The notes under the pieces were generated by a model that was given only the letters and a program-made list of their open reading frames with translations, searched no databases and was not told the origin of the DNA. A program made the position numbers and the translations under genes. DNA of 63,179 bases, the filler included, from Intoshia linei (Eukaryota; Animalia; Orthonectida): assembly GCA_001642005.1 (NCBI GenBank). It is 7 parts of 7 records of this genome, joined end to end, with 100 filler letters (N's around TTAATTAATTAA, not from the genome) between each part and the next. Parts side by side here need not be neighbours in the genome. Positions count along the whole stretch, not along the records: positions 17,183 to 33,470 come from LWCA01000873.1; positions 33,571 to 46,870 come from LWCA01001023.1; 5 more parts are not named here. One strand, written 5' to 3'. Of the stretch, positions 24,820 to 38,245 are shown piece after piece. Position 1 is the stretch's first letter. Each line of letters begins with the position of its first letter.

Positions 24820-25620
24820 TAATTCCACCTTTTCCGCCAATGCAATCAAGAATTCGTCTTGGCATTACAATTATTACGTTTTTGCATAATAATTGAATTT
24901 TGTCCGAATTCTTCCAAACTCATATTATTCGGTCAATTAATTATTGTTTTGACAAAATATGAACTTGATGTACTTCATCCTTCCATACCTTCCAAATACA
25001 TTCAATAGGATTCATATCTGCAAAATTACTAGGGTAGGGTAATACTTTCCATTGGTTGGAATCAAAAAAAAAATTTAACTGACTGTGCAGTATGACAGGG
25101 AGCCAAATCCTGTTGTAAAACATGCATATTTGTATTAAATAAACCTGGACGATCATTACAAAAGTTTTATTAATGTGTCAATATATTTATGTTGGTTCAT
25201 TATACCCTCTATAACAAATATAGGGCCGGCCCAGATACACTAATTGCTCCCCAAACCATAATTGTGGTTGGAAATTTCACCGTTCGTGCCATGCAATCTG
25301 GTCTAAAAACTTCTGATGATCTTCTACGGACTTTTTTGTATCGATTATCCATTGTAGTAAGCATTGACTCACCGAGAAAAATACCTGAAAATATTCAATA
25401 TTAGTACATACAGTATAATTATATTATATGTAATATAATTTAAATATTATTATATAACATTATAGTATAAGTATTATTATCTATATATGATTTACCTTAC
25501 TCCAGTTATATCCATTCCAATTTTTATGCTGATTGGGCCATTGTAATCGAGTCAATTGCATCTTTTTCGTTAATAAGGGTTTCCTATACTTCTTATACTT
25601 TTAACTGATATTCACTGATA
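24820..25620 (-). pseudogene. Degenerate Tc1-family transposase with a spliceosomal intron
   Basis: HKNWNGYNWSK | GT-AG intron 25385-25495 | VFFS(D)ES, MVWGAISVSGP, YPSNFADMNPIECIW (Tc1 SPDLNPIE motif). Confidence 0.75.
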
Positions 25621-27634
25621 ATTTCATTTCAGTGAATATTTATTTGAACTCCTAAATATATTATGCTGAAAGATTTGATAAAATTTATAAATTCTTTCTA
25701 ATAATTTTTCTAATTCTGTAAAGTAAAATACAGTAAACATTGTGTATAAGAACACATGTATGTAATACATACCACAAACATGTTTGTCTGTTTAACAGTC
25801 AATTCCAGTTTATTTAAGAAAGTAAGAAGAGTCGAGATTTATAAATTCCATTTTTATAACAATTTTCCGATAGTGTTGTTTTATCGCAAATTTCATTTTC
25901 AGAATTGAGTTCTTCAAGGTCAAAAACCCCAATTGTCTTTGTTTTTAAATTCAAACGCGTCCTAGAATTATAAAAAATACACAAACTAATAAAAAGTTTT
26001 AAATTCATCAATATACTGATAATTTTCAATTTAAAAATCTTATATCTTCACGGCCAAAACCCTAAATTATTCTTTTTTTTAAAATTAAAAAAGTCCTACA
26101 ATTTTATACAACACTAGGTTAACTGTTATTTACTTCGTACAAACAGCACCTAGCTCTGCCGAGGGCACATTTTTATTCTACCACAAAAATAAATTCATGT
26201 TGAAAATCTAAGTTAAAAATCATACTATTAACTATTATGAATCTTTTACAGGAGTTGTTCTCAAACTTGATTCAGTTGGAACCGTCATATTACATTACTT
26301 TTTAAGTGAATTATTTCATCTTAATTTTTTCTGTTAACATTTGTATAAAGAATATTAAAAACAATTGTTATCCAATTTTTAATTTATTAGACAGAATGTG
26401 TGTATAATATTAAAAATAAAGTAAAAACAGTCCAATTCTAAAAATTGTCATAAATAGCAGAAATTCCAGAAAAATAAAAATGTAAAAACCTATTTTGTCA
26501 TTTTCAATGTGGTAATATACAGTCAGTCACTTTTTTGTTAGTATACTGGATGATTAGAATCATTACTTTGTAGAAAAAGGCTTTAAAGTATTGTTCAATA
26601 TATCCCAATACACTATGGAATTTAACCTTCCAAGTAATATTTTCACTGCGCTTCCTTTTTCCAAAATTATTAATCATTAAAGTGACACACAACTAGAAAA
26701 GAAAACAGCAGAAAATATTTTTTGACGCACTAACTGAAAAGTCTTGCCATCACTGGCTTATACTAATCTTTTGTGATGACCTTGAATAAGATTAAGAACC
26801 ACTGATCAAATAAACCAAAGTAAATTTGAAATTGAATGAAAAATATTTGTTTTCTAACACCGCATCTAACCTGTTCTTCAATATCTTCATCATATGAACT
26901 ACATTTAGATTGGAAGTAGATTAGCATAAAATTTTTTCCTACTCTAATTTCCCGTGAAACAACTCGAAACAAACAAAGTATTTTAAATTTTTACGCTATT
27001 GTTGATACCTGTTGACATTATCTATATATTATTTTGATGAATCAATAGACAAATTGGAAATTTTCCATTTTGCCATGAACATTTACTAACCTAATTTTAT
27101 CTTGATTAAATATATGTACATCGCACATATGGATTTATTATAATTTTTATGGTACCACAATCTAATGATATTGGTATAAACCATTTATAGCAATAAAAAA
27201 GTTTTCAACATTGAACGGTTTCCAAGTCTTGACATTTTATGTACATTGTACAATGTACATCTACATTTTTGAAAAATTTTTGAATATTATCAAATTATTA
27301 ACTATAAATGTAAATATTATTAAAATTGTTAAATCTAATGATCACATTAAAAATGAAATGAAACGAATTATATTATATATTCATTAAGAATATGTAAATA
27401 AACATAAAATAAACGTGTTGGTGGCTTATAAATAATCTAAAACTTGAAATTTTGGTAAATATTAACTAAAGTTTAATATGGAATGTAGATGCATTTTACT
27501 ATTGATTTTAAGTTTAGATAACATGTTAAATAAATGTTATCATAAACATTTAAAACTTATAGTTTATACGTTAGTAGTATTACCTTATAATAGAGTACAA
27601 TTTGTAAAATTATTAGAATAAATAAATACCAGGT

Positions 27635-28935
27635 ATGAGTAGCGATATAAATTTTATAGAATGGGTATATAATTAAGTATCACTTTTATAATACATTTTA
27701 TTTAGACTGTGCAGGTCATATACATACCATTAGTCTTATGTGGCATTATTATTGGCTTATTCAATATTTCAATGCACATAATTTACAGAAAAATTCTATT
27801 AAAATGTAAATCTCAATATTTCACTTTCACTCTATCTATATGTGATGTAAGTATCCGTACATATATAAAACGTAATGTCTGTTGTTCCATTTGAAAACAG
27901 TCGTAAAAATTTAAGATTAAATAATTTTGATACATTTTTTACTTTATACGAAAAAAGATAAGTTGTGTTTTTGACTGTAAAGATTCATATTTTTAAATCA
28001 AAATTAACTTGATTGCGGCGTCAGCAAAAACAAACTATAATTACTGTTATAACTTTTCTGGGACAGTTGATTTTCAGAATAAATGGATACCACGACGGAC
28101 ACATTACTGTTATTAATATTATTACAGATACTATTAGTGTAATTATAACATTTAGTGTTTATCAATAGTCTCAATGGCATTACAAATGTATTTTATCAGT
28201 CTAAGAAAAGAAAATTTGAACGAAAGTAAAATAATTGACACAACGTCAATTTTTACTACATTATTCATTCAAACAGGCCTAATAATGTGGTTTTTTATAA
28301 ATGTATCAAATATACTTGTCATATTTATAACTTTAGACAGATATTTAATTGTTTTTCATCCGATACAATACCACTATCTCGTTAAATCTGTTTACATTGT
28401 ATCTATAATCTTAGCCATATTCATAGGTTATTTATTTTCTCATTTAAAGTGTCTTTATATGAACGAATTTTTAAATGATTCCTTTTTAATATCTTCTGAA
28501 AAAGGGCGATATGCAGAAATTATTGGAATATTAACATTTTTATTCGAATTTACAATGCCTCTCTTTATACATATATATTGTTATGTAAAAATTCTCAAAC
28601 ATTTTAAAGGCGAAAAATTGAATAATTCAAAAAAAGTTAAATTTGACATTAGTAATAAGTATTCAAATTACCACCCTTTCAAAAATGAGCGAGAGGAAAT
28701 TAGACAAAATATTTTCATCGTTTTGGTAATTATGTGCAGCTTGTATATTTTTCTCAAATTATCAATTTATCTCACATTCATTTTATGGAAATTTAAAATA
28801 ATCAATTATGCTAATCACAGTTTTATCATATTTATCATTATGATGATGAATCTCCATAGCATTACTAACCCTATTATTTTTATATTTTGTTCCAAGCAAT
28901 TCAAAGACTGTATTTCTCATTTTGTCGCTATGTAG
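27635..28935 (+). CDS. Rhodopsin-like orphan GPCR, paralogue 3 (~316 aa)
   Basis: Exons 27635-27664, 27706-27846 and 28156-28935 join in frame: TM1 GLFN, TM2 LSICD, ITLDRYLIVFHP, TM7 NPIIF. Confidence 0.88.
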
Positions 28936-30217
28936 ATGTTTATTTGTCAAACTTATTAAATATAATTCATTTTTCTTTTATTTGTTATCAGGTTCACTAC
29001 ATATTCATAACCTCACTTTATATGACTTTTTAATAATTTTAAACATCGTTTCCACCTTCCCGGATATTACGTATATTATATTATTATTATATATTTTTTT
29101 AAATTCTCCAACTTGTTTGATTTTCAAAAAGAAAGACAACTGGGGTTTTGACCCGTAAGATGTGAAATTGGGAAGTTGAAATTTATCTTATTATACGTCC
29201 CGGAAAAAACTGTAATTGAAATGTTATAACACACAAACAAATATTGCGTAGCAGAGTATATATATAAGGATATTTAATTTTATCGGATAGTTTAAGAATT
29301 ATGAGGGTATAATACAGTCTAAGTCCTTATTACCGAAATTTTTGTTAGCGGAAATTCCATTTTAACGGAATTTTGAATTATTCATTTTTTTAACGAATTT
29401 GTATGAACCAAAAATGACAATGTTCGGAAGTATATATATATGCGAACAATTTTTTTCAATTCTAAATAAAAATAAAAATAAATATCGATCTCAAATATCA
29501 AATCAACACCTAAATTCAACTTTACAAATTTCATTATCTCAGTAAATTCAGCTAAACATCAATACATTAGTATTAAAAAGAACACAAAAATCCACAAAAC
29601 TTTATAATGTTTAATGTTATTCAAATGTATAATTAATTTTAATATTATAAACTAAATCAACATTCTTATTTTTCCTTTGTATTATTAGGATTCTTAGGAA
29701 TAAAAATAATACTGTCATCATATCTATCATTTTTTGATTCTCCAATTTTTTACTAATATATATTTGCGTACATTGATATTTTTATTATTTAACTAAATAT
29801 GGTAATTTAGTAATGATTTCAATAAAATTTTTTTGTGCAGCCCGCGTAATAATTTTATTTCAAATTTGGTCCGCCAAGCAAATTTTTAATGACTATCATA
29901 AATATAAACTAATTTTTTAACTAATTAGAAGTCAATTCTTTACATTTTTATAAAAATTTTAATAGATATTAAATTAGATGGCGTTAATAAGAAAAAATTA
30001 CCACCATTGCGGAAATTATAAATTAATCTCACAAGAGGAGAGAGAAAAACACAAGGAGAGAAATAAAAGAAAAAACCTATATAGGGAGAGATATAATACT
30101 TTTAATACCCTGATAGACCTACATCATTTCTCTGATTACATATAGATAAATAATACATATTTGAGGTGAAATAACCATCTTAACTCATGGATAACCATTG
30201 TACAATGTACATGTATT

Positions 30218-30899
30218 CAGGGCCGACCCTACCAAGCTCGAGGCAGTTCGAAAATAAAAAATAAGCTCATAAAATTTATTTTCACAAATTATGCATAGTG
30301 TCATATAGCACTAACGATATCTCTAAAGCTCTAGACCAGGGGTGTCAGACTCAATTTGCTTGACGGGCCAAATGTGAAAAAAAACGCGGACCGCATAAAA
30401 AAAATCTTTAATCAAAAAATTATGTTAAAACTAACAGATTTAATTAATTTATAATAATTTTAATTCATAAAATAAATTATGAAACAATATAANTTTAATT
30501 AATTTATAATAATTTTAATTCATAAAATAAATTATGAAACAATATAAATGGAATAAGTGTAAAAATAATGTTAAAATTGTAATACTAAATAAATATATCA
30601 TGAAAAATAATGAAAAAACTGTAAATAAGAAATATGCGTAAAAAATTGTTATAAAAAAATAAAAATTTATATTATAACGCGGGCCGCACACTCCATAATT
30701 GGGAGCCAAAAATGCCCCGAGGACCGCATAATTGACACCCCTGCTCTAGACTTGATATATTAAATTTAACACAAAATAATTACAAATGTATGATATTCAA
30801 GAATATAATTGTTTTACTGCTTAATTTGGAAAAATTAGGCCCCATTTTACAAAAATTTCGTCGCACGAAGAGGTATCGATTACGATAGGTTCGACACTG
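30218..30899. mobile_element. hAT-type MITE (outer element of a nest)
   Basis: Imperfect TIR cagggccgacccta / taggttcgacactg; perfect 8-bp TSD catgtatt. Confidence 0.8.
30337..30743. mobile_element. hAT Buster-type MITE nested in 30218-30899
   Basis: TIR caggggtgtca / tgacacccctg; perfect TSD ctctagac. Confidence 0.92.
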
Positions 30900-31292
30900 C
30901 ATGTATTCAAAGTTTGAATTTAAAATATTGATAAAAAAACGATACGGTTTTGACTTTAGACTAAAGTTTAGTGATGAAACATCACCATGAAATTATAAAA
31001 AATTGCGGAGTTACATTTAAACTAAGTGTATCTTTAAATTAAGTTATTTTATTAAAGTTGGCATAATATAGTTAAAGTAACCGCTAAACAGTTTTTTGAA
31101 AATGGATAATAATGATTTAATAAATGCTGGTAATCTTAATCTAATTTATTTTATTTTTCAATAGGTGATGCTGTTGATATTATCTTTACAAACAAGTAAT
31201 ATATTCATTATAAGTAGTTTCTTTTGTATAATAATTATAATTATAAATGTCTAATTGCACCAGTCACAAGATGTTAAACTGTCAGATTACAG

Positions 31293-32024
31293 CAGTGTTT
31301 CTCAACCTTTTTTACTGCGCGGAACCCTTATGAAATTTCAAAAAATCGCGGCACCTAAAAGCATAATCAAAAATTTTTTTTCGCATGTCGCATATATAAA
31401 ACAATTTGATTTTTAATTAAAAAATTAAGCTTCTAATATTGAAAATATATACATTTTTTTAATAAAGAAATTTATTTTTTTTTCAATGAGAAATTTGGGC
31501 CTGATATTTTTTACCGAGGTTTTTAATTTTTGGACGTGTTTTTGAGAGACATACACGAAGTTCTTCTTCTACCGACAGCAGCTTTGCCCGTTTCTTATGC
31601 TTAATTGCTGTCAATGCAAGTAAGATTATAATTTGGATCTTTCCTAGTTAATACGTAACGATAAGAACCACTAATATAACATTAATCCATTTTATCACTT
31701 GTTTTGATCAAAATAAATACTGAATATATTAAAATGCAGAATTAAATTATATGAAATCAGATAAACTGGCGTTGAATAAATATTTTTAAATTCTAAAAAT
31801 GATAATTTAAAATAAACACAAAAGTATTTTAATTAAGTTGACCGATTGTATTTATCTTAATTAAAAAAGCATATTAAAATATGATTTTTGGTTTTATTAA
31901 TTTAGAAACTTTTCAATTTATATTTTTTAAATTTATTTATTTTGAACCACTTTAAATTGAAAAATATAGCATTTATATTTCACGGAACCCCTGGGTTCCG
32001 CGGAACACGGGTTGAGAACCACTG
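31293..32024 (-). mobile_element. Internally deleted hAT Buster element
   Basis: TIR cagtgtttctcaacc / ggttgagaaccactg; TSD gattacag/gactacag; minus-strand ALTAIKHKKRAKLLSVEEELRVCLSK...QAQISH*. Confidence 0.88.
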
Positions 32025-33008
32025 GACTACAGTATAATAACTAATAATGTAAAAAATGAACAGAATTTTAAAACACAAAAATGTACTATAATATAATACG
32101 TTAAAATATCATTTGTATTGACAATTAAACGTATAAAATAAAATATATATTCTCCACCCCTTTCCGGCCCATATCCGTTTATTTTGATCAATATATTTCA
32201 GAAATACTTATCCATCAACCATGTCATTATAGAAATGTCTTCATGTTTAGTTAAATTGACTAATACTGGTGCTATGTTTTATCATATTTATCGGTTTTAC
32301 CCTTCACTTTTGTGTTCGGAAAAATTTTTAGGGGTTTATTATACATGTGTATTTTGTATGTGTTAATCTTATATTTATATTATGTGTATTTTTATATTAT
32401 ACACCAATATCAGTAATTTTTGCTTGTTAATTATCGGTTTAAGATTTAGTTAATTTGGTTTATGCATTCAAAAAAATAATTCCGTGTATAATTCGTTAAC
32501 TCTTTGTGGATAATATCAATAAATTATAAAATCGCAAAAGCCTGTACGATAGTTAATTCTTTAAGACTTAATTGTTTACTTAAGTTGAAGTAAACAATCT
32601 AAAATTTATTGGCTTCTAATTTCTTCTACAATTTATCCTTAATACATTAAAGTACCTATAAAGCATACATTAGTGCAAAAATAACATGTAGTGTACTAAA
32701 TACAATACAATTCCACATAGCTTGTTTTAAAATTTACAACAAATCTCATTTAATAATTGTTTTACATAATATTAATAATTGTTAATAATTTTAATAAATA
32801 TTCATTAAAATAACGAATATTCCTCAAAGGGTTAATAGCGAGTATATTTCGTTAATTTGGTGTACAAATAAATACTCACCCTTAATTATATTAACTAAAA
32901 TGTTTCAATAATTACTTGATAGATTTAAAAATTGGTATATTTGGCAATACACAATGACAAATTGGTAAATTTACCAATGTAATTTGATACCAATCTTAAA
33001 ATATAATA

Positions 33009-33470
33009 CAGTGCCGTGCAAAATAAACTGGCACTTGTTAAAAAATATTACTTCTTCATAAACAATAATTAAATTCGAAAACATTAAATAATATTTAAAA
33101 TGTAAAAATAAAAATTACTCGTACATCCAAATGAGGAGATTTATTTAAGTGAATTCTGGAATTGATGTACAATTTTTTAATGGCAGTTTAAAAATGGAGA
33201 TAATTAACAAAATTATAAAGTATGACATTGAAAAATATTTCAAAAGCGGTATGAATTAATCTGAAATTTCGAGGAAAATTGGGGTTTGCAGATGAAGCGT
33301 TCAAAATGTTCTCAAAAAATTTAAAAATGGAGATGGAATTAAACGAAAATTGGTGCAGGTAGGAAACAATTATTTATTTCAAGAGAAGAACGTTTAATGA
33401 CACGAACCTCTAAATTAAATCCTTTTTTATCAGCTAGAGAGATTAGAAACTCATTGGGGTTCGCTAGCAG
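33009..33470 (+). mobile_element. 5' part of a degenerate Tc1 element
   Basis: ta|cagtgccgtgcaaaata terminus; paired-like HTH remnant SEISRKIGV...VQNVLKKFK...GRK...REERLM...NPFLSAREIR; cut by a linker. Confidence 0.7.
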
Positions 33471-33570
33471 NNNNNNNNNNNNNNNNNNNNNNNNNNNNNN
33501 NNNNNNNNNNNNNNTTAATTAATTAANNNNNNNNNNNNNNNNNNNNNNNNNNNNNNNNNNNNNNNNNNNN

Positions 33571-34487
33571 AAAGTTTTCTCTCCAGGTTGATGAAACCAC
33601 AATTCATAATCAAGCTCTTTTACTCGCATATGTCCGATTTATATATCAAAATGACATAAGAGCAGAAATATTGTTTCTTAGAAGTTTGCCAGAAAAAACT
33701 TGTGAATAGAATATTGTCTATGAAGTAAACAATTTGGATAACAAAAACATTCCTTTGACTAATTAAATACAAATTGCCTCTGATGGTGCTGCTGGAATGA
33801 TTCAAAGAGTAAAAAAATTTGTATCAAGAATTACAACAGTTGCTCCTCACATACCTCATGTCCACTTCATTATTCACCGGCAATATTTGGCTGCAAAAAT
33901 ATATTGAAGGGGGTATAGAAGAAGCCTTAAATGCTGATATACATGCTATAATTTTGTTAAAGCAAACTCACTCAATAACAGAATATTCGCACAATTTTGT
34001 GTAAATGAGAATTTTAAAACTCTGGTGCTACATACTGAAGTCAGATGGCTGTCAAAAGGCAATAGTCTTAAAAAACTTGTAGGTTTGTGGGAGCTTCTCA
34101 TAAATTTTTTGGTGTTTAAATCAAATTTGGTAAAAGATCCTAAAAATCCTAAAACTATGAAAAAACAAGCAACAAAAGCACAAAAAATTGTTGATGAAAT
34201 CTTAAAAAAATCTTGGAAATGCTGAAACAAAATCAAAAATATTTTATCTTAATGATATTTTCAAAGTTGTCAATGAACTAAACCTTTAATTACAATCAAG
34301 AGAATCTAATCTGGAATGCACTTCCCAAAAAACAAAAGGTTTCATGAGCAAATTAGTGTTTTGAAAAAACAAATTGCATTTAAAAAGTTTATCAATATTC
34401 AAGAATTTTTATGATACTGATAAACTAACTAACTAACTAAGGAAAAACTTTTTTGGACCATAGCCTGAAAAAGGTTGAGAACCGCTG
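33571..34487 (+). mobile_element. Degenerate hAT Buster transposase with right TIR
   Basis: FSLQVDETT...LLAYVRF, SDGAAGM, HFIIHRQ and LHTEVRWLSKG motifs in broken frames; ends ggttgagaaccgctg. Confidence 0.88.
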
Positions 34488-35473
34488 AACTGAATGATCA
34501 TCGAGATTAACAATTCTTAATGCGCTGGCCAGTAAATTTTAACAATGACAATTCTTAATTTTACCTTAAATTTTATAAAAATGATCAATGACATTGACAA
34601 AACTTTCGTCAAAACGTGAAAGTAACAACAACAAAAATAATAATACCCTTAATTAAAACTTCACTAATCAGTTTTCACAAATAATTATATCAAAATTGTA
34701 ATTTCAACAATAAAAATTTGCAAAATTTGCATATGACAATGCTTATAATACAAAACTGAACTTTATAAAAAAATAAAATATAAAAATTACATTATTCGTT
34801 TGGGAGTTGTTGATTTTGTATTTGTCTGTTTTCGATGAACCATTATCGAATAATTTCACCGATTCAGGTTCATAATCAACCTTTTCAGTTGATTCTGATC
34901 GATTCATAATTGAAACTGTACTTGTAATTTTTAGAACGATAATAACTTGCTTCAAAATTGTTGTTTAGTAAATAAACTTTTACATGGAAATCATATTTAT
35001 TGTGAAATGTCTGTTCATTTTGTTCTTTTGCATTTTATTCATTTTACATTTTTGTATTTATGTATTTGATAGTTTATGAATTTGCCAGTGTTTAAAATGT
35101 AACGTTAAGGTATTATTCTAGTCTATGGTGAATCTTCTAGTTATAATGCACATAATATACATGTAATACAGTTTAAATAAGTAATGTAAACTATTGTTAA
35201 AATATTTTAAAGTTACGGAAAAATTTAATAAATATTCTTTTTGGTGGCACATTTAACCGTTTAAATGTTTGAATATAGTCATAATTTCAGTCTAAATTAA
35301 AAATTGGTCTTATTCATTTTTAAAAATATTTCATTTCAAAATCCGATCAAATCTGAAATTCAGATTTTGAATGGATACAATGAATCATTGGCAATGTTGT
35401 GTAACCATATAGTCGATAATATATCAATTTAAACATTATCTTATTTACAAAATAGTCTAACATTTACTCCATA

Positions 35474-37180
35474 ATGCAAAAAAAACAAGACACAAACATT
35501 GAAGAAATATCACGGATTCAAAACGAATCAACCCAACAAATATCAAACATTATAAAATCAATTCAAACCATATGTAAAACTTCCGAAGAATTTGACTATT
35601 TGAGTTCATTTCCAATTTTCCACACACATTGTGAAAACATTGGTAAAATATTGATCGATAAATTGAACATAATGTGTTCTTTTCATGGTGCAAAATTGAA
35701 ATTGCACAGTAACATTTTAGAGTGTGACATGGAGGAAAAAGTGCAGGAATTTAATGCTGACATTTTGGAAAAAGTTTCAGTTAAATTTTATCAAATAAAA
35801 AAAAATTATCGAAATTTAAAAAAAACAATTCCCGACGATACTCCAATTGAAGACACGTCGAAATCCAGGAGTATGAAACGAAATCATTCTTGGAAAAAAT
35901 TCCAAAGTTCTTCTAATGTTGAAAAGGTAAAAATGGATGTAGATAATTCCACTAATGAGTTTGTACACAAAATTAAAATAAAACCTCATTTTATTGAACC
36001 ACTACATGTATGGCAACAAGAAGTGTCGTTCAAAAAAATTGGACCATTTCGTTCTCCTTTCAAAGTAGAAATTAAAAACCTAAATTTCGACACATTGCGG
36101 ACATTTCCACTAGTCGAATCTCATTCTAATGGCAAAATTGATAAAAATATTGAGAGCACACTTTCAAAAACACCATTTTTATTTGTTGATACTTTACACC
36201 AACTTGAAATTATGGTAATTGAAATTGAAACGAATAAAAATCGCGTTATCTCAATTGATTTGGAACACCACAGTTTTAGATCTTATTTAGGATTTACTTG
36301 TTTAATTCAAATTTCAACATTTGATAAAGATTATGTCATTGATTCTATAAAGCTCAGACAAAACTTGACCATTTTAAATAATTTTACTACCAATCCAAAC
36401 ATTCTCAAAATTTTTCATGGATGTAGTTCAGATATTTTATGGCTGCAAAAAGATTTTGGTGTTTTTATAGTCAATAATGTTGATACGTGTATTATGGCCA
36501 GTAGTTTAGGTTATTCTCAAGTATCTTATGGAAATTTAATGAATTTATGTTTTAATATTACCATCGATAAAAATTTGCAATTGGCAGATTGGAGATTGCG
36601 ACCTTTGCCAGAAATTTATCTTAGCTATGCACGATTAGATACTCATTATCTTTTGTATTTGTATGAACATTTAAGAATTGATTGTTTAAAAATTGGTCCC
36701 AAATTGTGTAAAAATGTTTTAAGTCAGAGTCGCACTCTGGCTTTGGAAATGTTCCGTAAAAATGACAGTTGCCAAAATTTCCATCTCAAGTTTCCCAAAA
36801 TTCAAAATGTTTTGTATTATGTTATTAAATGGCGTGATGAAGTGGCCAGAGAACTAGATGAATCGATTTACTACATTTTGAACAATAATAAATGCATTCG
36901 AATTGCCACACACTACTATTCTCAAAAGATGAATCCTACTCATCAATGTCCACATATTGATAAGAAATATCCTTTAAAATTGGTCAAGTATTTAGATGAT
37001 CTTGAAAAGAACAAGTTTGTCTTGAATGGCCTAGATCAACAAAAACCTATGAGTCATAAGAGTCATTTTTCTATTATTAGAGACACAGTTAATTGTAAAC
37101 GTGTAGGACCGGTGGGATTCCGTAATCTTACTGATGCTTCACAAGATTTACAATATTTTGTTAAAATTAAAAAATTATAA
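35474..37180 (+). CDS. RRP6: RRP6/EXOSC10-like DEDD-Y 3'-5' exoribonuclease with HRDC domain, copy 1 (intronless)
   Basis: PMC2NT-like EFDYLSSFPIF; IDLEHHSFRSYLGFTCLIQIST; KIFHG..DILWLQKDFG; QLADWRLRPLP...YARLDTHYLL; HRDC KWRDEVARELDES. Confidence 0.93.
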   Translation: MQKKQDTNIEEISRIQNESTQQISNIIKSIQTICKTSEEFDYLSSFPIFHTHCENIGKILIDKLNIMCSFHGAKLKLHSNILECDMEEKVQEFNADILEKVSVKFYQIKKNYRNLKKTIPDDTPIEDTSKSRSMKRNHSWKKFQSSSNVEKVKMDVDNSTNEFVHKIKIKPHFIEPLHVWQQEVSFKKIGPFRSPFKVEIKNLNFDTLRTFPLVESHSNGKIDKNIESTLSKTPFLFVDTLHQLEIMVIEIETNKNRVISIDLEHHSFRSYLGFTCLIQISTFDKDYVIDSIKLRQNLTILNNFTTNPNILKIFHGCSSDILWLQKDFGVFIVNNVDTCIMASSLGYSQVSYGNLMNLCFNITIDKNLQLADWRLRPLPEIYLSYARLDTHYLLYLYEHLRIDCLKIGPKLCKNVLSQSRTLALEMFRKNDSCQNFHLKFPKIQNVLYYVIKWRDEVARELDESIYYILNNNKCIRIATHYYSQKMNPTHQCPHIDKKYPLKLVKYLDDLEKNKFVLNGLDQQKPMSHKSHFSIIRDTVNCKRVGPVGFRNLTDASQDLQYFVKIKKL

Positions 37181-38245
37181 TGTAAATTTTACCAATTTTT
37201 ATTTGTAAATGCTTAAATACATTTTTGTGCTTTTATTTTATTCTGTCATCAAATTTTAAAAATTATCGACGTTGCAGAATAAATTTAATTAAAAAATTCA
37301 ATTCTTACTTATAAAGACATATAAATTAAATTACATTAAAAATGTTTGTCTGTTCCAGTTTATCCAGAAAGAGAAATCGAATTATAAATATTTCTTAATT
37401 CTATTACATTTTTTCCAGAGTGATGTTTTATACGAATTTCATTTTTACAAATTGAGTTCTTCAAGGTTAAAAAAACCCCAATTGTATTTTGTTTTTAAAT
37501 TCAAACCTGTCCTAGAATTATAAAAAATACACATTTTAATAAAAAGTTTTAAATTCATCAATATTATGATAAATTTTAATGTTGAAATCATATATTTTCA
37601 CTGCAAAAACTCCAAATTACCCTTTTTTGTAAAACTTAAGCGATTATTATAATTTTATACAACATAAACTGTGGGATAGGTTTTAAAAGCATAGACATTA
37701 TCATAAATTTCAAACCCAAAAAAATGTCATTTTTACTATCAAAACCTAGATTACCCTTTTATTAAAAAATGAAAATTGCGTTATAATTTTAAAAGAACTT
37801 ATAGTTGATACAGTTATATCCAGTTAACACACACAAAAAAATTAAATCAGATAAAGTAACGCCATTATGGTCAAAAAAGTAATTTAATATTCATATTTTT
37901 TTATTTCGAAACTATTTTATTAAAACAAAAAATTCGAAATAATTAATGGTCCAAAAGTTAAAAAAAGATTATTATGATAGAGCTTATTCCAGTTGATGTA
38001 ATTACAGAATTTCAACCACAGAAATATACGCCTTCTCGATGAAAAATAATTTTTAATATATTATCAACAAATATTTTTCAAATGTTTGATTAAAAATGAA
38101 AAAGTAAATATTCATCCTACAACTGTTTTTCTTAAGCGGAATGATAGAATTAATTTCAGGGGTGCTAGAAAAACTATTTTAATTTTTATTATTTTGACTA
38201 CAAATTCGATAAAAAATGAAATTTATTTATTTATAAAAGTACATG

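Noticed and set aside
26500-26990. Minus-strand ORFs possibly from a TTF-zinc-finger hAT remnant
   Set aside because: Motifs too degraded to support a call.
30440-30545. Exact ~53-bp tandem duplication around a single n (also about 56072-56170)
   Set aside because: Typical unmerged contig overlap at a 1-N gap.
34565-34955. Possible minus-strand exons divergent from RRP6 copy 1 (MNRSESTEK...; YFCCCYFHV...)
   Set aside because: Exon phases do not join cleanly and the family cannot be recognised.
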